NCBI GenBank assembly: GCA_964016885.1
Contig: OZ024741.1
Span: 269,080,001-269,144,000 of the forward strand
Source: Eledone cirrhosa
Lineage: Eukaryota
Length of the DNA stretch: 64,000 nucleotides
Direction of reading: 5' to 3'
The notes under the pieces were generated by a model that saw only the letters and a list, made by a program, of their open reading frames with translations, did not search any database and had not been told where the DNA came from. Of this stretch, positions 36,579-49,462 are shown piece after piece; the first letter of the stretch is position 1, and every line of letters begins with the position of its first letter. A program made the translations under genes and the position numbers.

Positions 36579-37365
36579 TACATATATATATATATATACT
36601 TTTGAATGAAACGACTGATGCTACTGATTCAGCGAAGGTCTTATACTTCATCCTGGCCATAAATAAGAATGTTGACTGTTACGAAGAATTCTAAACAGGA
36701 TATGTAGATTCGATGTAATTCAACAATATTAAAGGTAAACGTCTTAAAGCTGGGCTAAATTCCAGTAATTTAGTGAGTATGTGTACATATGGTGTACCTT
36801 CCACGGTAGGAAAACGTGTAAGATTTACACTGGGTCCTTTAATTTCCTTTCGTTGCATTTTATAACAGCAAAACCTCAGCGCAAAACAGATTATTTCAAG
36901 TGACACTTTGGATAGAGTTATAAATATTGTTAAGTAGATTCGGGCAAATACAAAATGACATCGTTAGTTTCGCAACATGTTGAAATTGGATGAGGTGTGA
37001 ATTTGGTAGCTACCACAGAGTTATGTGTTGATTAAGATTTTATCTTTCTGAGAATATCTCATAACATTTTTTTTTTTTAATTTCTATACATATATATTTA
37101 TATATACGAACAGAATGAGTGTGGTGAATTATGAAATGGAGAAATGTTTATGGAAATGCAGAATTTGTGTGCAATATTATGTCAAAACGAATTGACTTAA
37201 TGATTTCTTTACAAGATAAAAATAAATCTATACATGATAGTGTCAAAAGATTTAGGCTTTTATCTCAAAATTCCTTATACTCAATTGGAAATTTCTGCTG
37301 AGACCCTTTACTCGTCTTAGAAATTATTGCTGAACAGCAAGATATATGTGAATATATATATATAG

Positions 37366-37561
37366 CAGACCTGTCAACTCTCCCCGTCCGACGGGAAGAT
37401 CTCCTACCCGCTTTGGGGTGGATGAGAGATGTCTTTCTCTTTTGAAAATGGGTATAGCTTTCATTATGTAAAATCTCCCCATTATGTCTCATTTCTCCCC
37501 GTTTTGGGGCACTTTTTTTCATGTTACTCTCCGTTTGGGCTTTTAGAGGTTGGCAGGTCTG
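37366..37561. mobile_element. Small MITE (hAT-like)
   Basis: TIRs CAGACCTGTCAAC / GTTGGCAGGTCTG. No clean TSD. Confidence 0.6.
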
Positions 37562-37570
37562 ATTTACACA

Positions 37571-37610
<40 letters not shown>

Positions 37611-37945
37611 TGTATATACATATATATGAATATATATACATATATATTGTCAGCCAACTAACAGAGAAGGAAGGACAAACACGGACAGAGATATGAACTT
37701 TCCTCTCTAAATATGTATGTAAAAACTAATAATTTTTCTTCCCCTTTTTATTATTCGTATAAATATGCAACATAACTACATTATGTATATCCGCTGTTGA
37801 AAAAGTATAATATGCTGAAACCGATATTACTAAATGCGGAAATACCACTTTATAAATAAATAAATGTTTTGATATCATACTGAAAGAATCTCTTCAGCAT
37901 TTTCTACTGAAAAAATCTGTTTACTCTCTACTATTTGTTTATATA

Positions 37946-38842
37946 CGAGGTGTGTCAGAAAAGTTCCAGGACTGATGTGACAAAAGATTTATTTCAAACT
38001 CAAACTTCACACTAAGAGTTTTCTCTTTCAAAGTAATCCTCCTGGAGTATGTAACTGTAATCTTAGCTCTCTGCAGCGATCAAACTTTTTTCTTCATCAT
38101 TTTATATACATGTTCTCTGTTTCAGGTCGTCAAGCAATGAGCACAGAGCAACGAACAAACTTGAAAACTCCGTCAGAAGCACCGGGATTGCTGCAGCAAG
38201 TGTATGGAGATGAGACGATGTCATGCTCACGTGTTTTTGAGTGGTGCAAGAGGTTTAAAGAAGAACGCGAGGACGTGGAAGATGACCCCAAGAGCGGAAG
38301 GCCCTCAACAACAAGGACTGAGGTCAACGTTGAGCGCGTCAGGCAGATGGTGCGTAGCGATCGTCGGCTGACTGTTCGACTGATGGCAAATGAGCTGGGC
38401 ATGAATCGGGACAGCGTCTGGAAGATTCTCACTGAAGATTTGGACATGCGGAAAGTCTGCGCAAAGATGGTGCCAAAACTGCTGAACGATGACCAGAAGG
38501 GTCGACGCATGCAAGTGTGCCAGGACATCCTCGAGCGTCTTGAAACCGAACCAGACTTGCTAGGGACAGTCATCACCGGTGATGAGTCATGGATCTTCGA
38601 GCACGACCCGGAGGGGACCCGTTTTGAAGACATGGACGACATCAAAAGAGCCGTGACGACGGAACTGCGGAGGATCCCGGAAGAATCCTTCCAGGAGTCC
38701 ATGCAAGCGTGGCAGAAAAGGATGGAAAAGTGCATTAGACTCCAGGGGGATTACTTTGAAGGAGAAAACTCTTATGTGTGAAATTGGGGTTTGAAATAAA
38801 TATTTTGTGACATCAATCCTGGAACTTTTCTGACTCACCTCG
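37946..38842 (+). mobile_element. Mariner transposon, internally deleted
   Basis: TIRs of ~50 bp (CGAGGTGTGTCAGAAAAGTTCCAGGA...) and TA TSD. ORF 38110-38781 has HTH region, SGRP and ITGDESW, joined directly to the C-terminal ...KCIRLQGDYFE. Confidence 0.92.
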
Positions 38843-38950
38843 TATATATATTCGTATGGGGTTGATGGCCGAGAGAAAGGTGTACTCATGACCCTGTGAC
38901 AGACAGGCGAAGCTCCAGAGTAACAATACTCACTTTGTAGCCTTAATATT

Positions 38951-39002
<52 letters not shown>

Positions 39003-39042
39003 TACAAATATTAATAAAATAGAAGTTCTTTTGATCAATTAC

Positions 39043-39095
39043 ATTTTATTATACATATTTCGGATGTACAACAGTACATCCTCATCAGACAAAAT
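39043..39095 (-). ncRNA. Minimal type I hammerhead ribozyme (Penelope-type), intact core
   Basis: Minus strand reads ATTTTGT-CTGATGA-GGATGTAC-TGTT-GTACATCC-GAAAT-ATGT-ATA-ATAAAAT. Perfect 8-bp stem II, 7-bp stem I, AUA cleavage triplet. Confidence 0.82.
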
Positions 39096-39247
39096 ATAAT
39101 GATACATGACATACCCTGAGAAGTTAAATGGTTAAGATTTAATCAAGGTATTAATATTAATAACTCTGGAAAATTATTTTCCGTAGAGTACTTCCAATCT
39201 ACTGTAAAACCCATTTTATGATATACTCATTGAATCTTGTTTAACTC

Positions 39248-39296
<49 letters not shown>

Positions 39297-39388
39297 AGTA
39301 ATAATAATAAATTTGAAGACTAAAATCCAAAGAGGGCTCGATAAGGAGAAATATATATCAAATATATAAGAACCGTAGAGCAAATATT

Positions 39389-40452
39389 TATTAAAATAAC
39401 AGATTAAAGTTTAAGCAAAGAATCGCTGCTTAACGGGATCTTCTGAAACTAACAAAGTCAATCTGTAAACGCAGAAGTGGATATTTCAAAAAACGTTGCA
39501 ACCGGAGGAAGACAGGAAGACGATGCTTTGGTTCGTGGAAACGTTCCCTGGCAAAGAACGGGAAAAAACGAATATAATACGTCATTAATAGGAGCGGTGA
39601 AAAACAATTACGCGCAAAGACAATACCACGTTTATGGTATAAAAGAAGTCGTAGACTAATGTTCTCTTAGGTGGTTCATAGAGACGTTCTCTGGCAATGA
39701 ACGGAAAAAACGAAGATAATACGTCATAATATACGAGAACAATTGCACGCAAAGACAAAACCACGTAAATGGTATAGCAGAAGTCGTAGACTAAAAATCT
39801 AACTAAAAATCTCCGCTTCAGAGTTAAGAATAAAGTAAATAAAATACAATACAGAGGTAATAGAAATTAAGTAAATACATGCACGTATGCAAATACGTAC
39901 ATACACAAGCATACGCGAAAACACTTGCCATAGGTATACAAAATCACGCACATATAAATATGTGTGTGTGTGTGTGTGCGTGTATACAAATAAATAAATA
40001 AATAAATACGTATATAACAAGCGCACACACATACCTACATGTAAATACACAAATGTTCGGAGACGTATGTCAACCAAAACGTGAAGTGCAAATATACACA
40101 CACCCTACATACGTACGAACCTGCAAACTCCCGTATACACATAACCAAACCATATATACCAGAATATATAAAAAATTATACGCCATAACATATACAATCA
40201 AATATACGTATGAGAAAGTATACGTACCTTCACAAAACATACAGGTAATATATACTTACCTATGCAAATTCGTTTTTTCCCGTTCTTTGCCAGGGAACGT
40301 TTCCACGAACCAAAGTATCGTCTTCCTGTCTTCCTCCGGTTGCAACGTTTTTTGAAATATCCACTTCTGCGTTTACAGATTGACTTTGTTAGTTTCAGAA
40401 GATCCCGTTAAGGGTAAAAGCAGCGATTCTTTGCTTAAACTTTAATCTGTTA

Positions 40453-40460
<8 letters not shown>
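39389..40460. mobile_element. Foldback element with ~185-bp terminal inverted repeats
   Basis: 39389-39573 is the reverse complement of 40268-40460, apart from one small indel. Internal diverged tandem duplication ~39530-39795. Confidence 0.8.
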
Positions 40461-40519
<59 letters not shown>

Positions 40520-40939
40520 CCTCGGCTGCGTTTGTCTGTTTCTCTCTTACTACTTCCCCGCTCTCTCTGTTTCTCTCACCTTCTTTCGCCCCCTCTGTCA
40601 GTTACACTTTCTCTCGACAGGTCACTTCCACTCACTCACTCACTCACTTTTTCTCCCCTTCTCACTTCCTCCCGTTTGGCCTGTGTGGGTTCTCTTCTTG
40701 CTCACATCTCACTCACGTCGGATGGTCTGTATCTCGCTCGCTCATGAAATCCACCCAGCTAAAGCTGACCGGATAACCATGTTGCTTGTTTTTTCCTATC
40801 TTTGCGTTGCTATCAATCCTTCCATGTTTGTTTACTTGTCTCACTCGCTTTACGCGATTTACTTGTCCCAATAGCTTTTTTTAGTTATTGCTCGCACCAA
40901 CCTGAGGTATATGATTTTTAATGCGATGAAATATATATA

Positions 40940-41058
40940 TGGCGTGTGGCTGAGTGGTTAGAGAATTGGATTCGCAATCGTAAGGTTGTGAGTTCCATTC
41001 CTGGACCAGGCGATGCGCTATGTCCTTGAGCAAACACTTTATTTCACGTTGCTCCTTC
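40940..41058 (+). mobile_element. tRNA-derived SINE, second family (CORE-like box), partial
   Basis: GGCGTGTGGCTGAGTGGTTAG A box, GAGTTCCATTCC B box, TGTCCTTGAGCAAACACTT. Homologous to 49127-49260. Confidence 0.7.
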
Positions 41059-41218
41059 TACCTGGAGTTGCGACCGATAGATAGTATTAGCAATTGGAAA
41101 GACCAACGGAAACATTGTTCCCTCGGTCCGATTTGACGAAAGTCGATCGTTCCTCATATATATATATAGGAGGAGGTTATAGTTCACTTGAAGCATTGTT
41201 TAATGAGGTATAAACGTT

Positions 41219-41786
41219 TGTATAATAAAGCCAAAACAATGCAGGTATGGACATAGAATAAAGAATTGTTTCTACTTTAGGCACAAGGCCAGCAATTACC
41301 CAGTGTATTACTGGTACTTTATTTTATCGACCCCGTAAGGATGAAAGGCAAAGTCAACCTCGGCGGGATTTGAACTCAGATGGTAAAGGGACGTAACTAT
41401 GCTGGAAAGCATGGCGTCCGACCCTCTACCGATACTGCCAATCCACCAACATAGAATAAAGAATGCAAATGCAAAAGATATTGTTGACAATTAGTCTTTT
41501 CCCTTAGATTTATTTAAATGTCCTTAATTTTCGAGATAATATCTCTTCTTAGAGAGAGGGAGAGAGAGAGAGAGAGAGATGTTGGTGTCATGCTGGCAGC
41601 ATGACTTGGCAAGCTATTTAGAACACTGGTTTAACCGCTTTACTTCCCTCCGAAGAAGAGATATTATCTCGAAAATTAAGGACATTTAAATAAATCTAAG
41701 GTAAAAGACTAATTGTCAACAATATCTTTTGCATTTGTATTCTTTATTCTATGTCCATACCTGCATTGTTTTGGCTTTATTATACA
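41219..41786. repeat. Foldback (~140-bp arms); left arm interrupted by a SINE
   Basis: 41219-41266 plus 41465-41550 is the reverse complement of 41652-41786. Confidence 0.8.
41267..41448 (-). mobile_element. Main SINE, full length, 16-bp TSD
   Basis: TSD ACATAGAATAAAGAAT at 41251-41266 and 41449-41464. Confidence 0.92.
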
Positions 41787-41795
41787 TATACAAAC

Positions 41796-41859
<64 letters not shown>

Positions 41860-42143
41860 ACGGTACCTGATTTAGGAGCCGCAGAAACCCAAATGCTGGA
41901 TTTTACCATCTTTCCAGGGGGTCCGGGTAAATGTTTCAATCATATATATTTTTATTTGTTTGACCCGAATTACTTGATCGTATTTTTTGGCTGTGCGAAT
42001 AATTGTTTAAGCATCGTCTCAGTGTGTTGGTATTAAACGTTAGTTATAGCTCTGGTTCATCCGAACCATTGAGCACTTTGCCGCACATTTCGAAGATTTT
42101 CGTTATTTCGTGGGCCGAAGTTCCGATTCTCGATAATTTTATT

Positions 42144-42212
<69 letters not shown>

Positions 42213-42216
<4 letters not shown>

Positions 42217-42653
42217 AAAAGGAAAAGAATGACTTCACTTGTAGTTCTAAATAATTTGATTTAATTTTAATTTAATTTTATAATATTTATAATATTATAA
42301 TATGAGTTGGTAGATCTAGTAAGTTCTTTGTTAACTTCGGTGGGAAGAATTTTAAAGATTCCTGGTTAACTTTATTGGAGAACTTTCTCGCATTCTTCGG
42401 TGGCGGTGGTTATTGTCAAACTGGAATCTTTAAAATTCTTCCGAAGTTACTAGATCTACCAACTCATAATGTTATAATATTATGAAATTAACTTTGCCTT
42501 TCATCCTTACGGGGTCGATAAAATAAAGTACCAGTAATGCACTGGGTAATTGCTGGCCTTGTGCCAAAAAGTAGAAACAATTATAAAATTAAATTAAAAT
42601 TAAATCAAATTATTTAGAACTACAAGTCAAGTCATTCTTTTCCTTTTTTTTTC
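42213..42653. repeat. Foldback between (TA)n runs; right arm carries a 5'-truncated SINE (42488-42583)
   Basis: GAAAAAAAGGAAAAGAATGACTT...GAGTTGGTAGATCTAGTAA...GAAGAATTTTAAAGATTCC is mirrored at 42423-42653. Confidence 0.8.
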
Positions 42654-42722
42654 AAATATATCTAACTGTACCAAGGATCTCACACATTTTCCAATATATA
42701 TATATATATGTATATATATATA

Positions 42723-42731
42723 AGAGAGGGA

Positions 42732-42806
<75 letters not shown>
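42723..42806. repeat. (GA)n microsatellite
   Basis: Direct inspection. Confidence 0.95.
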
Positions 42807-42809
<3 letters not shown>

Positions 42810-43371
42810 CTGAGGGTTGGTATGCCTGGGCTGTGCAGTGGGGTGAGCTCCTGTTGGCCTACAAAATAACTGAAATAGGTTGTGTTTAATCCCTCTGCCG
42901 GCCAAACTGCACCCCAAGCACCCCCGTCGCGGCACTGTCTCCACCAAATTGGGTTGGTTATGAAAGTGAGAGTTCAGCATTATAACTGATGCAACGCTTG
43001 GATTGCACAATCCTAAATTGCATATACTTGTGGCTGGGAACCACTTGAGAAACCAATCGCCTGAAGAAACCCCATTGAAATGAACTGAGCCCGTGAATTC
43101 CTTCAATGGAGCCGGCTCAACTCACCCCGGGTGAACGCCGTCACAAGTACAAGTAGTAATTAAATGTTGATATGGGCTTATTAATTAAATAATAGGGCAG
43201 TGAATTGGCAGTATCGGTAGAGGATCGGACGCTATGCTTTTCAGCATAGAGTTACGCCTCTTTACGGTCTGAGTTCAAATCTTTCATCCTTAAAGGGTCG
43301 ATAAAATCAGTAACAGACTGGGATCAATTTAATAACTTCTAATTTAACTACAACGCAAACAATTTTTTTTC

Positions 43372-44820
43372 GTGGTGCTGGTGGTGCTGGTGGTGGTGGT
43401 GGTGGTGGGGGCTGTTGCTAGTGGCGGTGGTGATGGTGGTGATGGTGGTGTTAGTGGTGGTGATGGTGGTCGTCATCGTAGTGATGGGGGGGGAGTGTTG
43501 CTAGTGGCGGTGGTGGTGATGTTAGTGGTGGTGGTGGTGGTGGTAGTGATGGGGGCGGTGTTGTTAGTGGCGGTGGTTGTAGTGTTAGTGGTGGTGGTGG
43601 TGGTGGTGATGGTGTTAGTGGTGGTGGTGTTGTTAGTGATGTGATGGTGGTGGTGTTGCTAGTGGTGGTGTTAGTGGTGGTGGTGGTGGTGGTGTTGTTA
43701 GTGGTGGTGGTGTTTTTGCTATTGGTGGTGGTGGTGTTTTTGCTAGTGGTGGTGGTGTTAGTGGTGGTGATGGTGTTAGTGGTGGTGTTGTTGTTAGTGG
43801 TGTGGTGGTGTTGTTAGTGGTGATGGGGATGTTGTTAGTGATGGTGTTAGTGGTGGTGGAGGTGTTGCTAGTGGTGGTGGTGTTTTTGCTAGTGGTGGTG
43901 GTGTTAGTGGTGATGATGGTGTTAGTGGTGGTGGTGTTGTTAGTGGTGTGGTGGTGTTGTTAGTGGTGATGAGGGGGTGTTGTTAGTGGTGATGGGGGGG
44001 GGGGTAGTGGTGGTGTTAGTGGTGGTGGTGGTGGTGGTGGTGGAGGTGTTGTTAGTGGTGGTGCGTTTGTCGGAGAAGATGATAAGTGTGGCGTTTAGTA
44101 TTGTTGAGCGTTCTTTTTCATGGTGAAATTGTTGTTGCTGCTGCCGCAGTTGTTGCTGTTGTTGTTGCTGCCGCAGTTGTTGCTGTTGTTGTTGCCAGTT
44201 GTTGTTGTTGTTGTAATAGTTACTGTTGCCATTATTACTGATGTAAGGGCGGCGAATTGGCAGTATCGGTAGAGGGTCGGACGTCATGCTTTCTAGCATA
44301 GAGTTACGGCCCTCTACGGTCTGAGTTCAAATCCCGTCGAGGTTAACTTTGCCTTTTATCCTTACGGGGTCGATAAAATAAAGTACCAGTAATATACTGG
44401 GGTAATTGCTGGCCTTGTGCCAAATGTAGAAACAATTAATACTGCTGCTGCAGTTATTACTGTCGCTGTAATTGTTATTGTTATTACTGTTGCTACTACT
44501 GCTGCCGTTGCTGTTGTTGTTGTTGCTACTGCTACTGCCGCTGCTGTTGCTGTTGTTGTTGTTACTGCTGCAGTTGTTGTTGTTGTGTTGTTATTACCAC
44601 TTAATTTCACATTAGATTTCGTTGCCGGATTAAAATAGGTATTAGATTTCGTTGCCGGATTATTGACGGTAGTGATGGTAGTGGTGATGGTGGTGGTGGG
44701 CGTCATGGTAGTGGTTTTGATAGTGTTGGTGATGGTGATGGTGGTGGTGTTGGTGGTAGTGGTGGTATTGGTGGATATAGTTTGGGTAGTGGAATTAGTG
44801 GTGATGATACTGTTGTAGCA
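43372..44820. repeat. Degenerate GGT/TAG/GTT/GCT trinucleotide low-complexity tract containing a SINE at 44247-44437
   Basis: Imperfect triplet repeats. The ORFs here are compositional artefacts. Confidence 0.85.
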
Positions 44821-45439
44821 TATGCTAGCTGAGTGGTGAAGAAACAACACCTAGGCCTACTAGCTGGAATATCACGCGGATAACCAAATCACTAATAATT
44901 ATAGATTGTGTTTGATTGTTATATAACAGATGCCATCAAAATACGTATTACGTAATAAATAGAATATGGTGAAATGATAACATCCTGCTTTCTAATACAG
45001 TGCTACTGGTAACATGTAACCCAGTACAACCTGTTCATGGTTGGGTCGTCGGCGATTAAACCGGCAACCTACCAAGCTTGCTTGGTGAGGAAGGTGATTT
45101 TGGATAACCTGCGGGATAAAAAAAACAAAAAAAAACAAGATCCGTCAAAGGGCGGAAGAATTCAGGAGAGTCAACGGCCATCTAATAAAGTTTTTTGGTT
45201 TTTTTTTTGAATGAGAGACTCTAGGAGAAGTTCACTTTGATATAAAACCTGTGACTTCATCCAGTGATGTAGACCAGTTCTACTTTTTGGGCAAATGAAT
45301 TCAATGTTCAATGGATGCAAACGAAGTCGCAGGTTTTATATCAGAGTGACCTTCTCTCAGAGAGATGTCTTAATGAAGACTATGAGTCTATCGCTTCACA
45401 CACACAAAAAAGAAACTTTATTGGATGGCCGTTGACTTA

Positions 45440-45930
45440 AAAGCCAAAATCGCTATCTTCAATGAGGTTTTCGTGCCAACCCTTACCTATGGTCATGAAT
45501 CTTAGGTAATGACTGAAAGGATACGATCGCAAATACAAGTAGTCGAAATGGGGTTCCACCGAAGAGTCTTAGGAGTAACGTTACTCGATAGAGTGTGTAG
45601 CTCGGAGTTCAGAGAGTCACTCCAGGTAGAGCCGCTACTTCTCCGAATTGAGAGATCACAGCTCCGATACTATGGGCATGTTGTTTTGTTAGAATGTCTT
45701 AGGAAAAAATCGCTGGAGAGATTTTACGGGTAAATCCAACCGGCAGGAGACCCAGGGGTACACCCCGAGCAAGATGGTTGGATAACATCCATTAACTTGG
45801 CTGGTCTCGCTTGGGGATCCAACCGGATCAGTTGGAAACGATTGCTTCTGACAGGACCTGCTGGAAGGAGTGTTTGGGGTCTCTGCCCCAACGGCCCTCT
45901 CAGGAGTAAGTGGGTGAGAAGAAGAAGAAG
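45440..45930 (+). mobile_element. RTE-clade (Expander-like) LINE 3' fragment with (GAA)n tail
   Basis: VPTLTYGHES*VMTERIRSQIQVVEMGF...VEPLLLRIERSQLRYYGHV. Ends TAAGTGGGTGA(GAA)n. Confidence 0.85.
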
Positions 45931-46124
45931 GAGGAGGAGATAAAAAATACATTATTTCACTACCGTTACGAATGCCATGAATTGCTCTCAGTGACTAAGT
46001 TATTCCCCTTACATCGGAATATGATGAAAAATCGAATAAAATCATTCGATTTCCACGTAAATTTGGGGCGGTGTGGGTTTTGTGCTTCAGTTGAAAATTA
46101 TCAATATCATTATTGAGATTAAAG

Positions 46125-46520
46125 GCGGTGGATTGGTATAATCGGTAGAACATCGGACACCCAGCTTCGTGGCATAGAGTTACGGCCCTTTACATTCTGA
46201 GTTCAAATTCCGCCGAGGCTAGCTTTACCTTTACCTTACGGGCTCAATAAAATAAAGTACCAGTAATACACTGGCGTCGATTTAATCGACTTTGCCCTCC
46301 CCCAAAATTGCTGGTTTCGTGTCTAAATCAGAAACCATTGGCATTATCGATAGAGAGTCGGGCGCCGTGCTTTGCAGCATAGAGTTACGTCCCTTTTCGG
46401 TCTGAGTTCAAATCCCGCCGAGGTTAACTTTGCCTTTCATCCTTACGGGGTCGATAAAATAAAGTACCAGTAATGCACTGGGGTAATTAGTGGCCTTGTG
46501 CCAAAAGTAGAAACAATTAT
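46125..46520 (+). mobile_element. Two head-to-tail copies of the main SINE (first is a longer variant)
   Basis: Two A/B box plus core sets. The first has an extra CGTCGATTTAATCGAC...CCCC segment. Confidence 0.85.
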
Positions 46521-46532
46521 TTTTGGCGAATT

Positions 46533-47260
46533 AATAAACTCTACAGGCATGGGAGTGCCGTCAGCTGGGCCCGTGTGCAGGGAGACGAAATCGTCCTACA
46601 CGTACTCGTCCAGTGTCTGAACATTGCTGACTTGTGAGTTTATGTCGAACACCTGCTGTCACCTGTAGGACGGATCCAGCTATCAGTTCAGTCCATCGAG
46701 AAGATTGCCCCCACTGCCTTCCTGTAATCGGGAAGGGCAGACCGTTTTTATCTGCCTTGTGGCCATGGCGAAAAAGGTCGTATGGTGGACACGTCTACAA
46801 GAGCTGAAGACCAGCACTTTTCTCTTCGACGAAGCTCTGATTGACTTTTTCAGGTTTCATTTGAGAAGAAAAATCAGGGTGGAGAGGAAAGGGCTCTCTT
46901 CCCAGCAATTTGTTGGCAAAAGATGGGTGAGAGAGGCGAGTATGGCACGAGTGAATGGACCTGCTCCGAGTATGCGCCTGTAGATTGGAGGTGGAAAACT
47001 GGGAGAGGGCACTTATCCTGGTGGTTAGAGTGACCGTGGCTTTTTGTGGGCTTTGTCCATGCCCGACCCTCGGATCCCCCCCCCCCCCTGCTCACGCATA
47101 TTAGGGAATTTACGATGTTTGAACCTGTTTTCTATATCTCGTTATATCAATATTTTACACTCTAAAACCCACACTATTTTCCGTCATGTTCTGTCTGTAC
47201 CATCCTTAATGTTTTTCTTCGTGTAAGCCCTGCGTGGCTAATAAAGAAATCCTTATTATT
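46533..47260 (+). mobile_element. 5'-truncated Tx1-like LINE (copy F, C-like)
   Basis: VFICLVAMAKKVVWWTRL...ARVNGPAPSMRL*. Ends GGCTAATAAAGAAATCCTTATTATT. Lies between SINEs. Confidence 0.88.
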
Positions 47261-49126
47261 GGTGGATTAGCAGAACCATGGGATCAACGATCAAAATGAT
47301 TTGCAGTATTTCTTCTAGTTCTTTCCGTTCAAATCCCACCGAGGTCAACTTCTGCTTTCCTGTTTCCGAACTCGATATACATTTTAAAAAATTACCAGTC
47401 ATTTAGTCAATTAACATACCCCACCTCAAAAATTTCTTGTGTTCTACTTACGTTAAAAACAATTTTTATTAACATTCACGTTCTGAGTTCAAATCCCAGT
47501 AGAGTCAACTTTGTTTTGTTTTTTTCTTGTTTGTTTTTAGCCTTACTGGGTTTATAAAAATTAAGAACCAAAGTGAAAGTAACTGACTCTATAATAATTG
47601 CAATTGTTTTAGAGGGATAGATACGGCTCTTCTAAAATGCAACGATATCCTTGTTATGACCGAGCAGCTTGTGAGAAAAAATTCTAATTCTTTGTTACTG
47701 GTTTTTATTTAGTAAGGAATATCTTTTCCCTAGGCACCGCTTATTCCCCGCCTAATAACTTTGTTATTCTTTTTAAAAGAACACCGAAGAAGTGTTTTTA
47801 ATTCCGAAGTTTATAACTTATTTATTTGTTTTAATAGTTATTATTTAATTCATAGAAACTCCCACACACTCACATAGAATGGAAGCGCTGCTTGTAGAAA
47901 TGTCTAAGAAGTAGGCAAATTGTTATTTAACAAGTAAACTTTCTATCAAATATTTTTTCAATTGTACGCACACGCACTCATTTTCAAACGTACACACATA
48001 TATAACATAAATACACACTTCATTGCGAGAGAAAGAAAAAGAAATTCATCCATGAAAATACATATCTATCCGTATGAGATTGGCGGCTGAAAGAAAGGTG
48101 TACTCAATACCGAAAAAGAGTTTTAATATACATTTTATTAAGGCTGAATAGTGAGTCTTGTTACTCTGGTGTTTCACCTGTTTATCACACATTCATTGTA
48201 TATATATATATATATAATGTAATACGATTTATCCTCATATTATCATACGTCATTACAGGAAGAAATAAATCTTCATATATATATATATACACACGTACAT
48301 AAATATAGTGACATACATACAAATATATTCGAATAATTTTACAAACATAAATCAACAAATACAATTATTTACTCACATTAAAAAGCCCATGAATCTTATT
48401 ACTACGGATACCTTTAGTTATATACGTCGTAAACTAACGAAAGTTTAACAATGTTTTTTTTTTTTTTAAAGAATTTACAAAATACTCGAAAAATCAATTA
48501 AATGAAAAAGAAGAAAAGTGAGGAATAGACATAAACTTTTTTCTATTAATAATATCTAATTCAGACCATAAAACTAACTGCTGTTTACTTGGAATCTATC
48601 CTGCAGAGTTTGAAATTAAATTAAACGGTAAGTGGAAGAAACTTGCAGGCAAGAAAAAAAGAGCGCTCTTTTTAAAACTTTTTTCTGCATTATATATTTT
48701 AATAATTTTAATTAATTAAAATTTCATTGTTATCTCTCCTACCAGCATTGTTAGTTTTAGTAATTATTGTTCTGATTCTAATTTAAAATGTCTTAATGTC
48801 CACTCTACTGTGTTTCAACCAATAATGTGTGGTCATGCTGGGACACAGTTTACCTAAAAGGCTCTTTTATGTTTCGGGGTGGAGTCTTTGTTTTCTTTAT
48901 TTGTTTATTCATGGTACTGTTTTACTGTAGAAAAAAAGAAATTATTGTTATTTTCCAAATTTCAATTTTGTTTGTGAGTCTGGGACAGAGCAAGGCAGTA
49001 CAGTAGCAGACGTTACAAATATAAGTAGGTTTGTATGGGAGATAAGAATCCTAACGTTTCAAGTAGGGCTCCAGTTGTACACCACGAAATACAAACTTAT
49101 TTATAAACGGTATTGTAGCGACATGT

Positions 49127-49390
49127 GAAGGAGTGTGACTTAGTGGTTAGAGCATTGAGCTTGCAATCGGAAGGTTGTGAGTTCGACTCTCGAACCGGGT
49201 GGTGCGTTGTGTCCTTCAGCTTGACACTTTATTTTACGTTGCTCCAGTTTATTCAGTTGTGATATCACTGGTGCCAAGCTGTATCGGCCATTGCCTTTTC
49301 CTTGGTCAACATCGGTGGCTCGGAGAGACTGGTATGCGACTGCTGGTCTTCCAAAACAAACCTTGCCCAAACTTGTGTCTTGGAGGAGAA
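49127..49390 (+). mobile_element. tRNA-derived SINE, second family
   Basis: A/B boxes plus TGTGTCCTT...GACACTTTATTTTACGTTGCTCCAG. Homologous to 40940-41058. Confidence 0.7.
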
Positions 49391-49462
49391 CTAGTCGCAC
49401 ATCTCATGTTCACTAGTACCCGGAGGGGTTCTTTCCCTTTTACTCTTCATATGATATATACA

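Noticed and set aside
37850-37905. Further hammerhead on the minus strand (CTGAAGA...AAAAC)
   Set aside because: The catalytic GAAA is mutated and the stems are weak. At best a dead remnant.
40940-41015. tRNA gene (also 49127-49200 and main SINE heads)
   Set aside because: A/B boxes are present but no complete cloverleaf was found, and each continues into a SINE body.
43372-44850. Val/Thr/Gln-rich ORFs
   Set aside because: They are translations of degenerate triplet repeats and SINE sequence.
44985-45060. Twister- or HDV-like ribozyme near the RTE fragment
   Set aside because: Stems can be drawn (TACTGG/CCAGTA) but the conserved catalytic nucleotides are not recognisable.
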